The notes beneath the pieces were generated by a model, which worked only from the letters and a program-made list of their open reading frames with translations, did not search any database and was not told where the DNA came from. Positions 43,840-52,962 of a stretch of 64,000 bases of DNA are shown piece by piece. The stretch is from a virus. Numbering within the stretch: position 1 is the stretch's first letter; every line of letters begins with the position of its first letter. Both the position numbers and the translations under genes were made by a program. Location of the stretch: the IMG/VR virus record IMGVR_UViG_3300027784_000004. One strand, given 5' to 3'.

Positions 43840-45132
43840 TTATGGCTTGTTTTTATTATTTAAATTATAGTTTTCATATTTTTCATTAGGCTCTTTTAGT
43901 CTATGTAGTAGCTTGTTTTGCTTTAAATATAGCTTAAAGTTATCAAAGCTATCAGCTTTATTTGTATCATCAGGCTGTTTACCAAGCCTAATAGCTTCAT
44001 CAGGGTTGCACCTATGAAATACCCCTCTAAAAGCACTTCTTGCCATGCTCCTTGTAGGTAATACTCTAATTCTAGTGTTCTTACTACTAAAAACTTTAAA
44101 AGCCCTTTTAGTATCACAAAAATTTAGATTAATTTCTTTATCATGATAAGGTGTGTGTGGTATAGGGTCAAAGTATGTAAGTTTTACTATCATTTTAGGT
44201 GATTTATCACTATCAGCAGGTAATATATTAGTGAATTTTTCTACATCTTTCATACTCCAATCATCTTTACCCACGATAAAAAATAATTCGCAAGTTTGTT
44301 TATGCTCTTTAGTTTGTTTGATAAGCTTTCTAATATTTTCATCTTTAATAGGCTTACCATAATCTTTGCGCTCTTTCTCACTCCAACCTTCTATGCCAAA
44401 GTGTAACATATTAGCCTTATATCTTAATGGCTCTATAATATAATCTTCTACCCTAACGCTCTGTGCGCTAACTGCCTTACTCTCTATAACAGTATTACTA
44501 TCATTAGTTATTAAAGTTATCTTACCATATTTCTTTTTTTCTATACAATTAACTACTTTTTTAAGCCTGTGCTTATTAACTTCTTGTAACGGTTGAATCC
44601 AACTAGTAGCGCAAAACTTACATTTTCTTTTGCACCCCTTAGCGCTTAAATAATAAAATCTATTCCTGCCAGTTAACTTTACTAAAGGGAAATCTTTAAA
44701 TACTATATTATAACTAGGTGTAACTTTATCATTTTCACTTTTCATAACACAATCTAAATTTAAAGCCTTATTATAATCTTCACCCCACGCCTTAATAAAA
44801 TCATAGCCTTCACCCACTACAACATAATCAACCCATGCAAAATAAGGTATAGCAAAATAACTTTCAAAACCACCCATAACTATAGGCTTTTCAGGGTTTT
44901 GCTCTCTTAACTTAATTAATACATTCAAATCATCTACATCACAAATACTAACCCAAATAAAATCAGCATCTTTAACACAATCTACTAAATTAACACCAAA
45001 CTTATTGCATAAATGCCTAAGCGCACTCATGCTATATAGGTTTATAGATTTACTATGTGAAGTTAAAAATACTTTAGGTGTTGATAAACCAGTTTGCAAA
45101 CCTTTCAAGCGCTTCATCTTCTTCATCACCAA
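43840..45132 (-). CDS. Radical SAM enzyme with an N-terminal cobalamin-binding-like domain
   Basis: GCKRKCKFC (CxxxCxxC), IVMGG...DYVVVGEG, FGIEG, P.PHTP. Confidence 0.9.
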   Translation of the reverse strand: MVMKKMKRLKGLQTGLSTPKVFLTSHSKSINLYSMSALRHLCNKFGVNLVDCVKDADFIWVSICDVDDLNVLIKLREQNPEKPIVMGGFESYFAIPYFAWVDYVVVGEGYDFIKAWGEDYNKALNLDCVMKSENDKVTPSYNIVFKDFPLVKLTGRNRFYYLSAKGCKRKCKFCATSWIQPLQEVNKHRLKKVVNCIEKKKYGKITLITNDSNTVIESKAVSAQSVRVEDYIIEPLRYKANMLHFGIEGWSEKERKDYGKPIKDENIRKLIKQTKEHKQTCELFFIVGKDDWSMKDVEKFTNILPADSDKSPKMIVKLTYFDPIPHTPYHDKEINLNFCDTKRAFKVFSSKNTRIRVLPTRSMARSAFRGVFHRCNPDEAIRLGKQPDDTNKADSFDNFKLYLKQNKLLHRLKEPNEKYENYNLNNKNKP

Positions 45133-45706
45133 ATTTATTTTTTATTTTTTCAATAACTGCGCTAACTAAATCATAATCTAATACGCTAGAAAATGTACCA
45201 ATACTTATAACTAAATTAGTTTTGCCTGCTTGCATCATTCTTTTATCTCTAGTACTTTTTTCATTACTATTATCTACTATTTCAGGTAAATCACTCATAA
45301 TACCATCTATTTCATCTAAATTAAAACCAGTATCAAGCAAATTAATATCATCTTCATATTCTAACTTTTCAAATTCTATAGCTAATAATTCCATATCCCA
45401 ATCACTTTCAGCTACTTTATTATCAGCAATTCTATAAGCCCTTACCTGTGCATCATTTAAATCAACTCTTTTTATAACGGGTATTTCTTTTAACTCTAAC
45501 TTCTTACTAGCAAAATATCTGCCATGACCTGCTATTATCTCATTTTTCTTATCAATTATTATAGGCACGTTAAACCCATAATTTTTTATACTACTAGCTA
45601 TTTTATTAATCTGCTCTTTCTTATGCTCTTTAGGGTTTTCGTTATATGGTATAATTTTATCAATATCAATCATTTCAACTTTTATATTATCTTTAGTATC
45701 TGCCAT
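45074..45706 (-). CDS. ParB/sulfiredoxin N-terminal domain protein (no methyltransferase domain)
   Basis: IPYNENP, SIKNYGFNVPII, IIAGHGR, AYRIADNKVAE. Confidence 0.9.
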   Translation of the reverse strand: MADTKDNIKVEMIDIDKIIPYNENPKEHKKEQINKIASSIKNYGFNVPIIIDKKNEIIAGHGRYFASKKLELKEIPVIKRVDLNDAQVRAYRIADNKVAESDWDMELLAIEFEKLEYEDDINLLDTGFNLDEIDGIMSDLPEIVDNSNEKSTRDKRMMQAGKTNLVISIGTFSSVLDYDLVSAVIEKIKNKFGDEEDEALERFANWFINT

Positions 45707-45786
45707 ATCATAACTCCTTATTATTTTTTAGCAAGCATTACCTATACTATATAAGATTGATAAATAATGCTTGCATTTAAGGGTGT

Positions 45787-46044
45787 TTAATCTTCAAGCC
45801 TTTCTTCTTGATGCTTTAAAACGCCTTCTTTAAACACTACCAAAAATTCTATAATCTGTGGCTCTATCTTATTCCCTGGGATTACATCAGCCACAAACTC
45901 ACCTAAACCCCTTACAAAATTTCTTACGCTTTCATTAGAATTAATCTCACTTAATATCCTAGCAATAATTTTAACTATCATACCTTCCATCATACCCCTC
46001 CTTATAATTTGCTCAATTACCCAAAAAGCCAACTTCTCTAGCAT
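45787..46044 (-). CDS. Hypothetical protein, first late gene
   Basis: ORF with GGTGG RBS. Confidence 0.6.
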   Translation of the reverse strand: MLEKLAFWVIEQIIRRGMMEGMIVKIIARILSEINSNESVRNFVRGLGEFVADVIPGNKIEPQIIEFLVVFKEGVLKHQEERLED

Positions 46045-46160
46045 TTAGATAACCACCAGCCTTTGTTGTTTTAATGCCCTTTACGCCCTAACCTGTCCAC
46101 TCTATCTATATAAAAAAACCTTGCCCATTTCATAGGCAGGTGTAATTAAATTTAGACAAC

Positions 46161-46196
46161 AAAAAAAGCAAGCTAGCTAACCCAAGCTAGTTGCTC
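46161..46196 (-). terminator. Intrinsic terminator about 100 nt downstream of the late promoter
   Basis: AGCAACTAGC-loop-GCTAGCTTGCT-T7. Confidence 0.7.
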
Positions 46197-46267
46197 TATT
46201 TGCCAAAATCCACAAGATATATAAGGTGGAGAACCTTTATAAGAAACTTATATTTTCTTCCACTTTA

Positions 46268-46296
46268 ATAATATCATAAGCAAATTCATACGTCAA
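46268..46296 (-). promoter_or_regulatory. Candidate late promoter
   Basis: TTGACG-17bp-TATTAT with TG extension. Confidence 0.7.
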
Positions 46297-46301
46297 GTAC
46301 A

Positions 46302-46790
46302 TTAAAAGTGTAGTTCCATATTACCAATTCTTGCACCTTGTATAGTTAATGGTACAAAAAAAGAGTTTCTATCTATCATTATTTTTAAATCTTCCAATGA
46401 TTGTTTCTTTAATTTCTTAGCCCAACTTTCTGTAATATCTAATTTATCAATAAATTCTTTATACTGCATACCTAGAATTACTTTATGTAATATTATATTT
46501 TTTTCAGTTTTACCTAGTGCATTAAATGAACCTATTAAAATCTTAAGCTTTAATCTTATCAGTTTAATGTTAAACTCTATAACCTGCCTTTTATCATCAC
46601 TATCTATTACGCTATCTTCTACACCGCTATAAAAGCTATTGCTGTTAGTATTAACCTTATCATGCCTATAAGTAACCGCCTGCAAATTATCTATAACTTC
46701 TACCTGCTCTAACTGCCTTTCTAAATTGTTTAACTTAGTATAACTTTTAAGCAAATTGCCATATTCTTTTTGTATATCATTAATAGTCAA
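46302..46790 (-). CDS. RinA/ArpU-like late transcriptional regulator
   Basis: C-terminal sigma4-like HTH; last gene before the packaging module. Confidence 0.7.
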   Translation of the reverse strand: MTINDIQKEYGNLLKSYTKLNNLERQLEQVEVIDNLQAVTYRHDKVNTNSNSFYSGVEDSVIDSDDKRQVIEFNIKLIRLKLKILIGSFNALGKTEKNIILHKVILGMQYKEFIDKLDITESWAKKLKKQSLEDLKIMIDRNSFFVPLTIQGARIGNMELHF

Positions 46791-47163
46791 TTTCCTTAAA
46801 TACCTCCTTCGGCTTAACTATAATAACACATCTAGGGTTTTTTCTATCAACCCTGCCCCTTAGCAATAACTCAATATTCAAAAAACTATCATCTTCTATT
46901 ACGCTAGCTTTAATCATGCCATCAAGTAAAAACTTAATATAGTTATCTAAATCACGCTTGCGCCTATCTTTAAAAAAGAAAGCTATTTCAACTAATGCTT
47001 TATCAATAGGTTTATCAGGCTTAACTTTTTGATTCATGCAGGCAACCTTTACAAGCCATTCCCATCTTAACTTATCTTGCCTATAAATATTAAAATTTCT
47101 AGAATTACCTGCATATTTATTTATTGAAGGTGGTATATCTTTTATTGTAACTTTATAATCAAC
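46780..47163 (-). CDS. rusA: RusA-family Holliday junction resolvase with a non-canonical start
   Basis: RDLDNYIKFLLDGM...IEDDS; open frame extends upstream through IPPSINKY to GTT 47163. Confidence 0.8.
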   Translation of the reverse strand, partial: VDYKVTIKDIPPSINKYAGNSRNFNIYRQDKLRWEWLVKVACMNQKVKPDKPIDKALVEIAFFFKDRRKRDLDNYIKFLLDGMIKASVIEDDSFLNIELLLRGRVDRKNPRCVIIVKPKEVFKEIDY

Positions 47164-47438
47164 TAATAAGCACCCCCTTTGCTCTTAATGTTTTTGTTTT
47201 TACTACCTTCTTCCTTTGCCTTTTTTAAAATTTTTCTCATGCCCTTCCAAATAAAATCTCTTACTTCTGATTTAGTTAACCTGTACTTTTCGCCTATTTC
47301 CTCTAAAGTAACTTCTTTACAAGCACCATATTCTTTCATTAATTGCCATTCAGTTTCTGTTAAAAATTCAGGCTTTTCAGCAATTAACTTAACAGCTTGT
47401 ACTGAAAACTTTTTAACTTTACCCATTCTTCCACCCAT
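47163..47438 (-). CDS. Sigma70 region-4 HTH protein
   Basis: LTETE...TLEEIGEKYRLTKSEVR. Confidence 0.75.
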   Translation of the reverse strand: MGGRMGKVKKFSVQAVKLIAEKPEFLTETEWQLMKEYGACKEVTLEEIGEKYRLTKSEVRDFIWKGMRKILKKAKEEGSKNKNIKSKGGAY

Positions 47439-47497
47439 TATGCATTTTCCCCCTGTTTTTTATTGTAAGTTATTTTATGTTAACTGATATTAAGGCT

Positions 47498-47788
47498 CTA
47501 TGCTCTTTTTTTTTTTAACCTGCTTATTTTATTTGCAACCCCTGCATTTGTTTTGCCTAAAATATCACTCATTTCTTGATGTGTTTTATTTTTATTATAC
47601 AAAGTTTTTAATAGCCTAACATCTTCTTTATCCCAGCCCTTGCTTATCTTCATTCTAAGCCTTTTAGTTTCAACAGCTTTTGCACTTCTTTTAACTAGCT
47701 TTTCAGCAATTTCTTTATCAGTATAGCCTTTTTCAGTTAATGCAATTAGCTTATCAACTTCTTCATCAGTCCAATACCTAGTAAACAT
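47498..47788 (-). CDS. Tandem HTH repeat protein
   Basis: WTDEEV...TDKEIAE..RS.KAV repeated twice. Confidence 0.7.
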   Translation of the reverse strand: MFTRYWTDEEVDKLIALTEKGYTDKEIAEKLVKRSAKAVETKRLRMKISKGWDKEDVRLLKTLYNKNKTHQEMSDILGKTNAGVANKISRLKKKRA

Positions 47789-47822
47789 TGTGATTCTCCT
47801 TTCTCTTTTCTTTATTGTATTA

Positions 47823-48221
47823 TCAGCCAGTATCTATATTATATATATCTTTATTTAAATAATTATTAACAGCAATTTTATTTTTATCTCTAGGCTCATA
47901 ACCTTCATAAAGCCAACGCTCAACACTTCTAACACTTACGCCTATATCATCAGCTAATTCACTTGCTCTTATTTGTTCATCAACTAAAGCATCATATAGC
48001 CCTTTATCTCTTATTTGCCACTTACTAAGCCTTTTAAATATCTTTTCATCTTTTTCAGGTGGTGGCTCGCCATTCTTTTTATGATAAGAAATATAATCTC
48101 TGCAATCTCTGCAAGTAAGATAAGATTTATCTTCTATTTTACCACCGCACCTAGTACATAAACCTTTTTCTTTTCTTTTTTCTCTTAAGTTTTTCATCAT
48201 TATAGCGCCACTTTTACCCAT
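47823..48221 (-). CDS. Zn-finger (CxxC..CxxC) plus XRE HTH protein
   Basis: GLCTRCG...CRDC; ELADDIGVSVRSVERW. Confidence 0.7.
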   Translation of the reverse strand: MGKSGAIMMKNLREKRKEKGLCTRCGGKIEDKSYLTCRDCRDYISYHKKNGEPPPEKDEKIFKRLSKWQIRDKGLYDALVDEQIRASELADDIGVSVRSVERWLYEGYEPRDKNKIAVNNYLNKDIYNIDTG

Positions 48222-48430
48222 AAACTAAACACCACCCTTAAATCATATTAGATGTTGTAACTATCTAGCTAAAATATAGCAAATACTTACATCTTGTTAG
48301 TTTAATGCTAAAAAAATATAAAGGGTTTTGCTCTTACAAGATAAAACCCCTTATATACTATATTCTATAAATTCTTCTCAATTCCTTCTTTAGCTTATTA
48401 ATAATTGCTAGCTTTAATAAAGCCTTAATT

Positions 48431-49216
48431 TTAATAATCTTCGGCAATATATACCCTATTGTGTGTTATACCAAAATCTTTTCTTTCAGTAACCATCATG
48501 CCTAAAGCGTTTTGCGCCCTGTAGGTTGCAGTTACACGCCATACAGGTGTATCAAAATCTTCACCTTCATAATCTAAACGAACATTGCCCCAATTAGTAA
48601 ACTCTAAAGAATCAGGGTAATATAAGCTATCTTCTAAATAATCAACAACTTCTTTAACAGCGTTATCCCATCTACTATTAAAAGGTTTTTGCCCTGCCTT
48701 TTCAATAATTTTTCTGTTATCTTCTAAAATTAAATTACTTGTAAAGCTTTTAGTAGAAGAATCATCACCATATTTATCTTCTAATAGTTTAACTTCTGCA
48801 AGCTTTTCTTCTGCTTTATCAAGTTCAAAATCACCTAATAAAATGCCTATCTCACTATACATATCATCTATCTTTGCTAGCATTTTTTCTTTATCTTCTT
48901 CAATCTTAGCCTGTGCATTTAATTGTTTTTGTTCATTTTTTAATTCTATCTTTTTATCTAATTCGCTTATCTTATTTTCAATATCTTTTATGCTTAAATC
49001 AAAATCACCTTCATCATCATTATCAGCTATAATTTCTAGCATCTTATTATAATCACCAATAGCCCTATCATAACTTTCAATATTTACATTTCTTTCAGCA
49101 CTTTCTTTTAAATTATTAAAGCTTGCATTAGTATTATTATTAAATAAAGATAAAATTATAAGTCCAATTATAATATAATATTTATATTTCTTTGCAAAAT
49201 CTTTCATTGCTATCAC
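48431..49216 (-). CDS. Membrane-anchored protein with an extracellular coiled coil and a YRAQNALG domain
   Basis: N-terminal hydrophobic anchor; L..PDS.EF...YRA.N..G motif. Confidence 0.65.
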   Translation of the reverse strand: MIAMKDFAKKYKYYIIIGLIILSLFNNNTNASFNNLKESAERNVNIESYDRAIGDYNKMLEIIADNDDEGDFDLSIKDIENKISELDKKIELKNEQKQLNAQAKIEEDKEKMLAKIDDMYSEIGILLGDFELDKAEEKLAEVKLLEDKYGDDSSTKSFTSNLILEDNRKIIEKAGQKPFNSRWDNAVKEVVDYLEDSLYYPDSLEFTNWGNVRLDYEGEDFDTPVWRVTATYRAQNALGMMVTERKDFGITHNRVYIAEDY

Positions 49217-49230
49217 CTTTTCTATTTTTT

Positions 49231-49431
49231 TTATATTTTTTTAATACGCTTTATTATTACTTTTTTAAAGTCTTGTACCTCTTTGCCTTTTAATACGTTT
49301 TCACTATACATAGCCCCTGTATCTTCGCCTAAATCAATTAACTTTTCATAGTGCGCCCAACATTCATCAGCATCAGCCTTCATACTAAACAAATCATCTA
49401 CCATATCTTTAATTACTTTCTTTTCGCTCAT
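49231..49431 (-). CDS. Hypothetical protein
   Basis: ORF with GGGGGG RBS. Confidence 0.55.
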   Translation of the reverse strand: MSEKKVIKDMVDDLFSMKADADECWAHYEKLIDLGEDTGAMYSENVLKGKEVQDFKKVIIKRIKKI

Positions 49432-49444
49432 TTGAGTTCCCCCC

Positions 49445-49669
49445 TTATAGTTCCCAATTATCTATAACGCTAGCCATAGTAGTCCTAGTATCAATATAAC
49501 CATCTTTTAATATAATAAAGATTTTGCCAACTTGCCATGCATAACCCTCTATAATTTCTTTACCCTCAAATTCAACATTATATATATTATGGTTGCTTAC
49601 CTTATCTTCTCTTTCTAAAAATTTTACCGCCCTAGCCTTAACTTCATTTACACAAGTGATAGATGTCAT
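49445..49669 (-). CDS. Hypothetical protein (start corrected to MTSIT)
   Basis: The ORF-track start lies in the repeat leader; RBS AAGGGGTG. Confidence 0.6.
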   Translation of the reverse strand: MTSITCVNEVKARAVKFLEREDKVSNHNIYNVEFEGKEIIEGYAWQVGKIFIILKDGYIDTRTTMASVIDNWEL

Positions 49670-49695
49670 TTTTACTTCACCCCTTATAAGCTTTA

Positions 49696-49753
49696 TTATC
49701 GTTTCCCTCAACCTCAAATATAGTATATCATACTACTTGTAAGAATGTAAAGC
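49696..49753 (-). promoter_or_regulatory. Dispersed copy of the repeat promoter
   Basis: TTTACA-TTCTTACAAGTAGTATGA-TATACT plus GAGGTTGAGGGAAACGATAA. Confidence 0.9.
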
Positions 49754-49784
49754 AAAAAAAGCCTTTGTATTTTGCCAATATAAA

Positions 49785-50438
49785 CTAGTTTTCTAATCTA
49801 TTTATTTCTTCTTGTAGCTTACTTCTACCGCCCATATTTCCACCGCCACCGTATGAAGGGTGATTCGGTTTATTTTCTCTTAAATTAATAAAAGTATTTA
49901 CTGCATTTTCTTTGTTATCTTCGCACCCTACATATAAAACGCCTTTAGGTGGTATGCCTAAAACCATATTTTCGCTATTTTTTAATTTTTTAAGCTTAAG
50001 GGTTTCTTTTGCTATTACTGCACGCCAGTTATCTTGCTTGTAAAAATCATCATCAAAGCTTGCATACATTTCAAGTTCTTTATTACTTATACCTGCATCT
50101 ACTACCATAGCACCAAATTTAGTTTTAACTACGCCAAAAGCGTGGTGTATAGCTTTAAATGTTTTTAAAAATATCCAGCCTGCATAAAATTTTATATCAA
50201 CATCAACACTTTTACCTATATCAACTATCTTTGCAGTATTAGTATAACATCTGCCAGTTTCAAAAGTTTCTTTATCTATAGCATTTATTAACTTTGCAAG
50301 CTTTAACTTCTTTTTACATTTTTCATTATCAAAGTATTCAGCCTTGCTTATATCTTTAACAGGGAAATATTCATCACCTATAGTGTATTGTTTATTATTA
50401 ATGCTAAAACTAACGCCTTTGCCATCTTCTAATATCAT
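49785..50438 (-). CDS. Hypothetical protein
   Basis: 217-aa ORF. Confidence 0.65.
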   Translation of the reverse strand: MILEDGKGVSFSINNKQYTIGDEYFPVKDISKAEYFDNEKCKKKLKLAKLINAIDKETFETGRCYTNTAKIVDIGKSVDVDIKFYAGWIFLKTFKAIHHAFGVVKTKFGAMVVDAGISNKELEMYASFDDDFYKQDNWRAVIAKETLKLKKLKNSENMVLGIPPKGVLYVGCEDNKENAVNTFINLRENKPNHPSYGGGGNMGGRSKLQEEINRLEN

Positions 50439-50459
50439 TTTTTTGCCCCCTGTTTTTTT

Positions 50460-50708
50460 TTAACTAGAATATCTAGGCACGAATATGCCATCAAATTCTC
50501 TTTTTTTTCTATCTATATTTCTTTGTATGCCCATTATATCGTGTACAAAATTAAATTTATCAGCGTTTAAAAATTCTTCTAATCTTAAATTAAATGTATC
50601 ATTAGCTAAAGTCAAATCCATATTTAGGGAAAGCTTATCATAATCTAATAAATTCATTTCATCTGCTCTATCAACTATTTTATTAATTAGCCTAATATCT
50701 TCTATCAT
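50460..50708 (-). CDS. Conserved phage protein (DUF6874-like)
   Basis: LEEFLNADKFNFVHDIMGIQRNIDR...FVPRY. Confidence 0.7.
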   Translation of the reverse strand: MIEDIRLINKIVDRADEMNLLDYDKLSLNMDLTLANDTFNLRLEEFLNADKFNFVHDIMGIQRNIDRKKREFDGIFVPRYSS

Positions 50709-51460
50709 TTTTTATTACCCCCCATTTTTTGTAAATCTAGTTTTTTAAAAGCATCATTTTCAGCATCTGCTATTTCTTTTACTTTTGTATATCTATTATT
50801 CATTTCTCTTAAATCAGTATAACTAAAAAGCTTGCTTGAATTATTAAAAAAAGTTCTATATAACTTGTTAAAATCAGCATCAAGATGTGGTGGACTCCAC
50901 ATATTAGATTTAGCTAAAAAGATATAATCAGGTATAAAATTTTCAATTATGCTTATATCTGTAGTTACTTCAATTTTTTCACCTATACTTTCAAGCCCTG
51001 AATCTTCTCTTTTAACCCATCTAGCCCTAGCATTATTATCTTTAATAAAGTGGCTTAACCAATTACCACAATTTATGTCATTTTCTATATGCTTAAATGT
51101 GTCATGGTGATAATCTATATTTATAATATCTATATCTTTTATATTAAATTCTTTAACCATATGAACTATAGATAAATGTGAAATACTTGATGCTGTTATT
51201 GTATTTGATAAATCAGTATTTTTAGCCCATTTCATTATATAATCAAAAGCCTTTTTATCAACTGTAACATCATTTATACTTTTATAATCATCTACTTCTA
51301 AACTTCTGTAATAGCCAGCCCATATTATATTACCTAATGATTCTTTAAACTCACCACCATCAGGGAATAATATTACTCTATCACCTTCACCACAATCAAA
51401 AAAGTAATCCCAATCTATACTTAATATTTTAGTATTACTCATTTTTAATTTACCTGCCAT
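50705..51460 (-). CDS. UPF0489 / arginase-deacetylase-fold metallohydrolase-like protein
   Basis: ILSIDWDYF, INIDYHHD, NCGNW, WSPPH. Confidence 0.65.
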   Translation of the reverse strand: MAGKLKMSNTKILSIDWDYFFDCGEGDRVILFPDGGEFKESLGNIIWAGYYRSLEVDDYKSINDVTVDKKAFDYIMKWAKNTDLSNTITASSISHLSIVHMVKEFNIKDIDIINIDYHHDTFKHIENDINCGNWLSHFIKDNNARARWVKREDSGLESIGEKIEVTTDISIIENFIPDYIFLAKSNMWSPPHLDADFNKLYRTFFNNSSKLFSYTDLREMNNRYTKVKEIADAENDAFKKLDLQKMGGNKK

Positions 51461-51462
51461 TT

Positions 51463-51666
51463 CTAGTTTAAATTAATAGATTTAAAATATTCCATCTGCT
51501 TATTTTGCTTTAACTTAATATCACCAAGCCCTTTTTTAATTAATTTACTATCTTTTTTTAAAGTAGATAAATCAGCTTTTATAATTTTCATACCCTCTTT
51601 TATCTCAAATATTAAGTCTGTAATTTCATCATTCATTTTTGCCCCTGCCATTTCTGATTTAATCAT
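51463..51666 (-). CDS. Small coiled-coil protein
   Basis: Heptad pattern. Confidence 0.5.
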   Translation of the reverse strand: MIKSEMAGAKMNDEITDLIFEIKEGMKIIKADLSTLKKDSKLIKKGLGDIKLKQNKQMEYFKSINLN

Positions 51667-51952
51667 CTTTTACCATTTTCTTTTTTTCACCTAAAACAAA
51701 AGCCTTTGATATAGCCCTTAAAAATAGCCTTAGTTCATTTCTTTCATCTGCATTTAAAACTACACCTTCATCATCATCTTCTTCATAAAAATTGCCTTCT
51801 AAATCTTTACCATCAACTACTTTAAATCTAGCCTTGAACTTTTTACCGCTTTCAAACTCAATATCCATTTCAACTTTTTTTAATGGCTCTTTAGCTATCA
51901 CCTGAAATAAAGCCCCCTGCCTTTTCGTATATTTATTAACAAAGTTATCCAC
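51659..51952 (-). CDS. Hypothetical protein
   Basis: ORF in the co-directional run. Confidence 0.55.
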   Translation of the reverse strand: MDNFVNKYTKRQGALFQVIAKEPLKKVEMDIEFESGKKFKARFKVVDGKDLEGNFYEEDDDEGVVLNADERNELRLFLRAISKAFVLGEKKKMVKDD

Positions 51953-52046
51953 AATTTCTTACTTGTTGTTAGTATTTTTTATCATTTCCCTCAACTGCAT
52001 CTTTATCATATCACTTTTAATCATACAATTCAATTGTTATATTCTT

Positions 52047-52544
52047 CTATATCCACTTCTTCTTTCTTGCTACCTCTTTAAAGGCTGTTACCATAGCTTT
52101 TCTTAAATTAAATACCTTAGATGTGATAAGCTTTCTTTCATCTGTAGCCCTATCTTGTGTTAGTATAAACAAAGCAAATTTATCTTGATTTAATAAAGCC
52201 TTAGTATATTCTTCTTGTTTTTCAGGTTCATTATAAAATTCAGTTTCAAAGAAAAAAGGATAATCTATAAAATCTATTCTAAATATTATATTTTCGCCTT
52301 CTAAATAACTACACATAGATGCAGTAAGCCTTTCAGGTATTGTGCCTTTTTCTTTTTGTTCTATCAATTCTTTTATAAGGCTTTTCTCTGCCTTTACAAT
52401 AAAATAAATTTCTTTATCATTATCTTCTAAATTATCATTAAGCTTTTTTTCAGCAATAAAAGGTGTCATGCAATTAAAAGGCGAATTGTCTAAAGTTTTT
52501 TTATGATTTTTTAGAAATAGTTTCTCGTTTTCAATATCCATCAA
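52047..52544 (-). CDS. Hypothetical protein
   Basis: ORF in the co-directional run. Confidence 0.6.
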   Translation of the reverse strand: MMDIENEKLFLKNHKKTLDNSPFNCMTPFIAEKKLNDNLEDNDKEIYFIVKAEKSLIKELIEQKEKGTIPERLTASMCSYLEGENIIFRIDFIDYPFFFETEFYNEPEKQEEYTKALLNQDKFALFILTQDRATDERKLITSKVFNLRKAMVTAFKEVARKKKWI

Positions 52545-52545
52545 T

Positions 52546-52962
52546 TTATTTTTCCTCCAATTCTTTGCTTAAATCAACTATTAAAGAGTTCATATCCTTA
52601 TTATATTTAGCCTTAAACTTGCCACTATCTAAGTCATAATCTACAACCTCTTTTAATGTTTTTAATAATTGTTTTGAAGAAAAACTAGCGCTTTTTTGTT
52701 TTTTTCTGCTATATAATTTAAAGCCTTTAGTTTCTTCTTTAATAAATTTTATAGCCATAGCTTTATTGAACTTATCAAAACCTATCAATATATTTGTTAT
52801 GTTTTCATTGTGTTCTTCAACTTCTTTCATTGCCATAGTCGATATATAAAAACGTGGACTATTCTTGCCATACGATATACTTAAAAAAGATTCTCCGCTA
52901 TAATTTCTAGTGCCATATACCTTTTTATCAATCCATTCAAAATTAAAAGCCATTATTTTCAT
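52546..52962 (-). CDS. Hypothetical beta-rich protein, same family as 12913..13407 and 13430..13840
   Basis: FLSIS...RFYIS..AM, IGFDK.N.AMAIK, F.AKYN...LIVDL. Confidence 0.65.
   Translation of the reverse strand: MKIMAFNFEWIDKKVYGTRNYSGESFLSISYGKNSPRFYISTMAMKEVEEHNENITNILIGFDKFNKAMAIKFIKEETKGFKLYSRKKQKSASFSSKQLLKTLKEVVDYDLDSGKFKAKYNKDMNSLIVDLSKELEEK

Noticed and set aside
45074-45706. ParB protein as the partition partner of ParA
   Set aside because: Lacks the HTH and dimerisation region, lies 37 kb from parA, and overlaps the radical SAM gene; typical of modification-associated ParB-N
16153-45754. Many plus-strand ORFs in the track opposite structural genes
   Set aside because: They are antisense shadows of long minus-strand genes, with no RBS or recognisable motifs
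45787-46044. Holin call
   Set aside because: No clear transmembrane helix and far from the endolysin
51979-51995. Leader-only match to the promoter repeat
   Set aside because: No -35/-10 upstream; may simply be an RBS plus ATG of a tiny ORF
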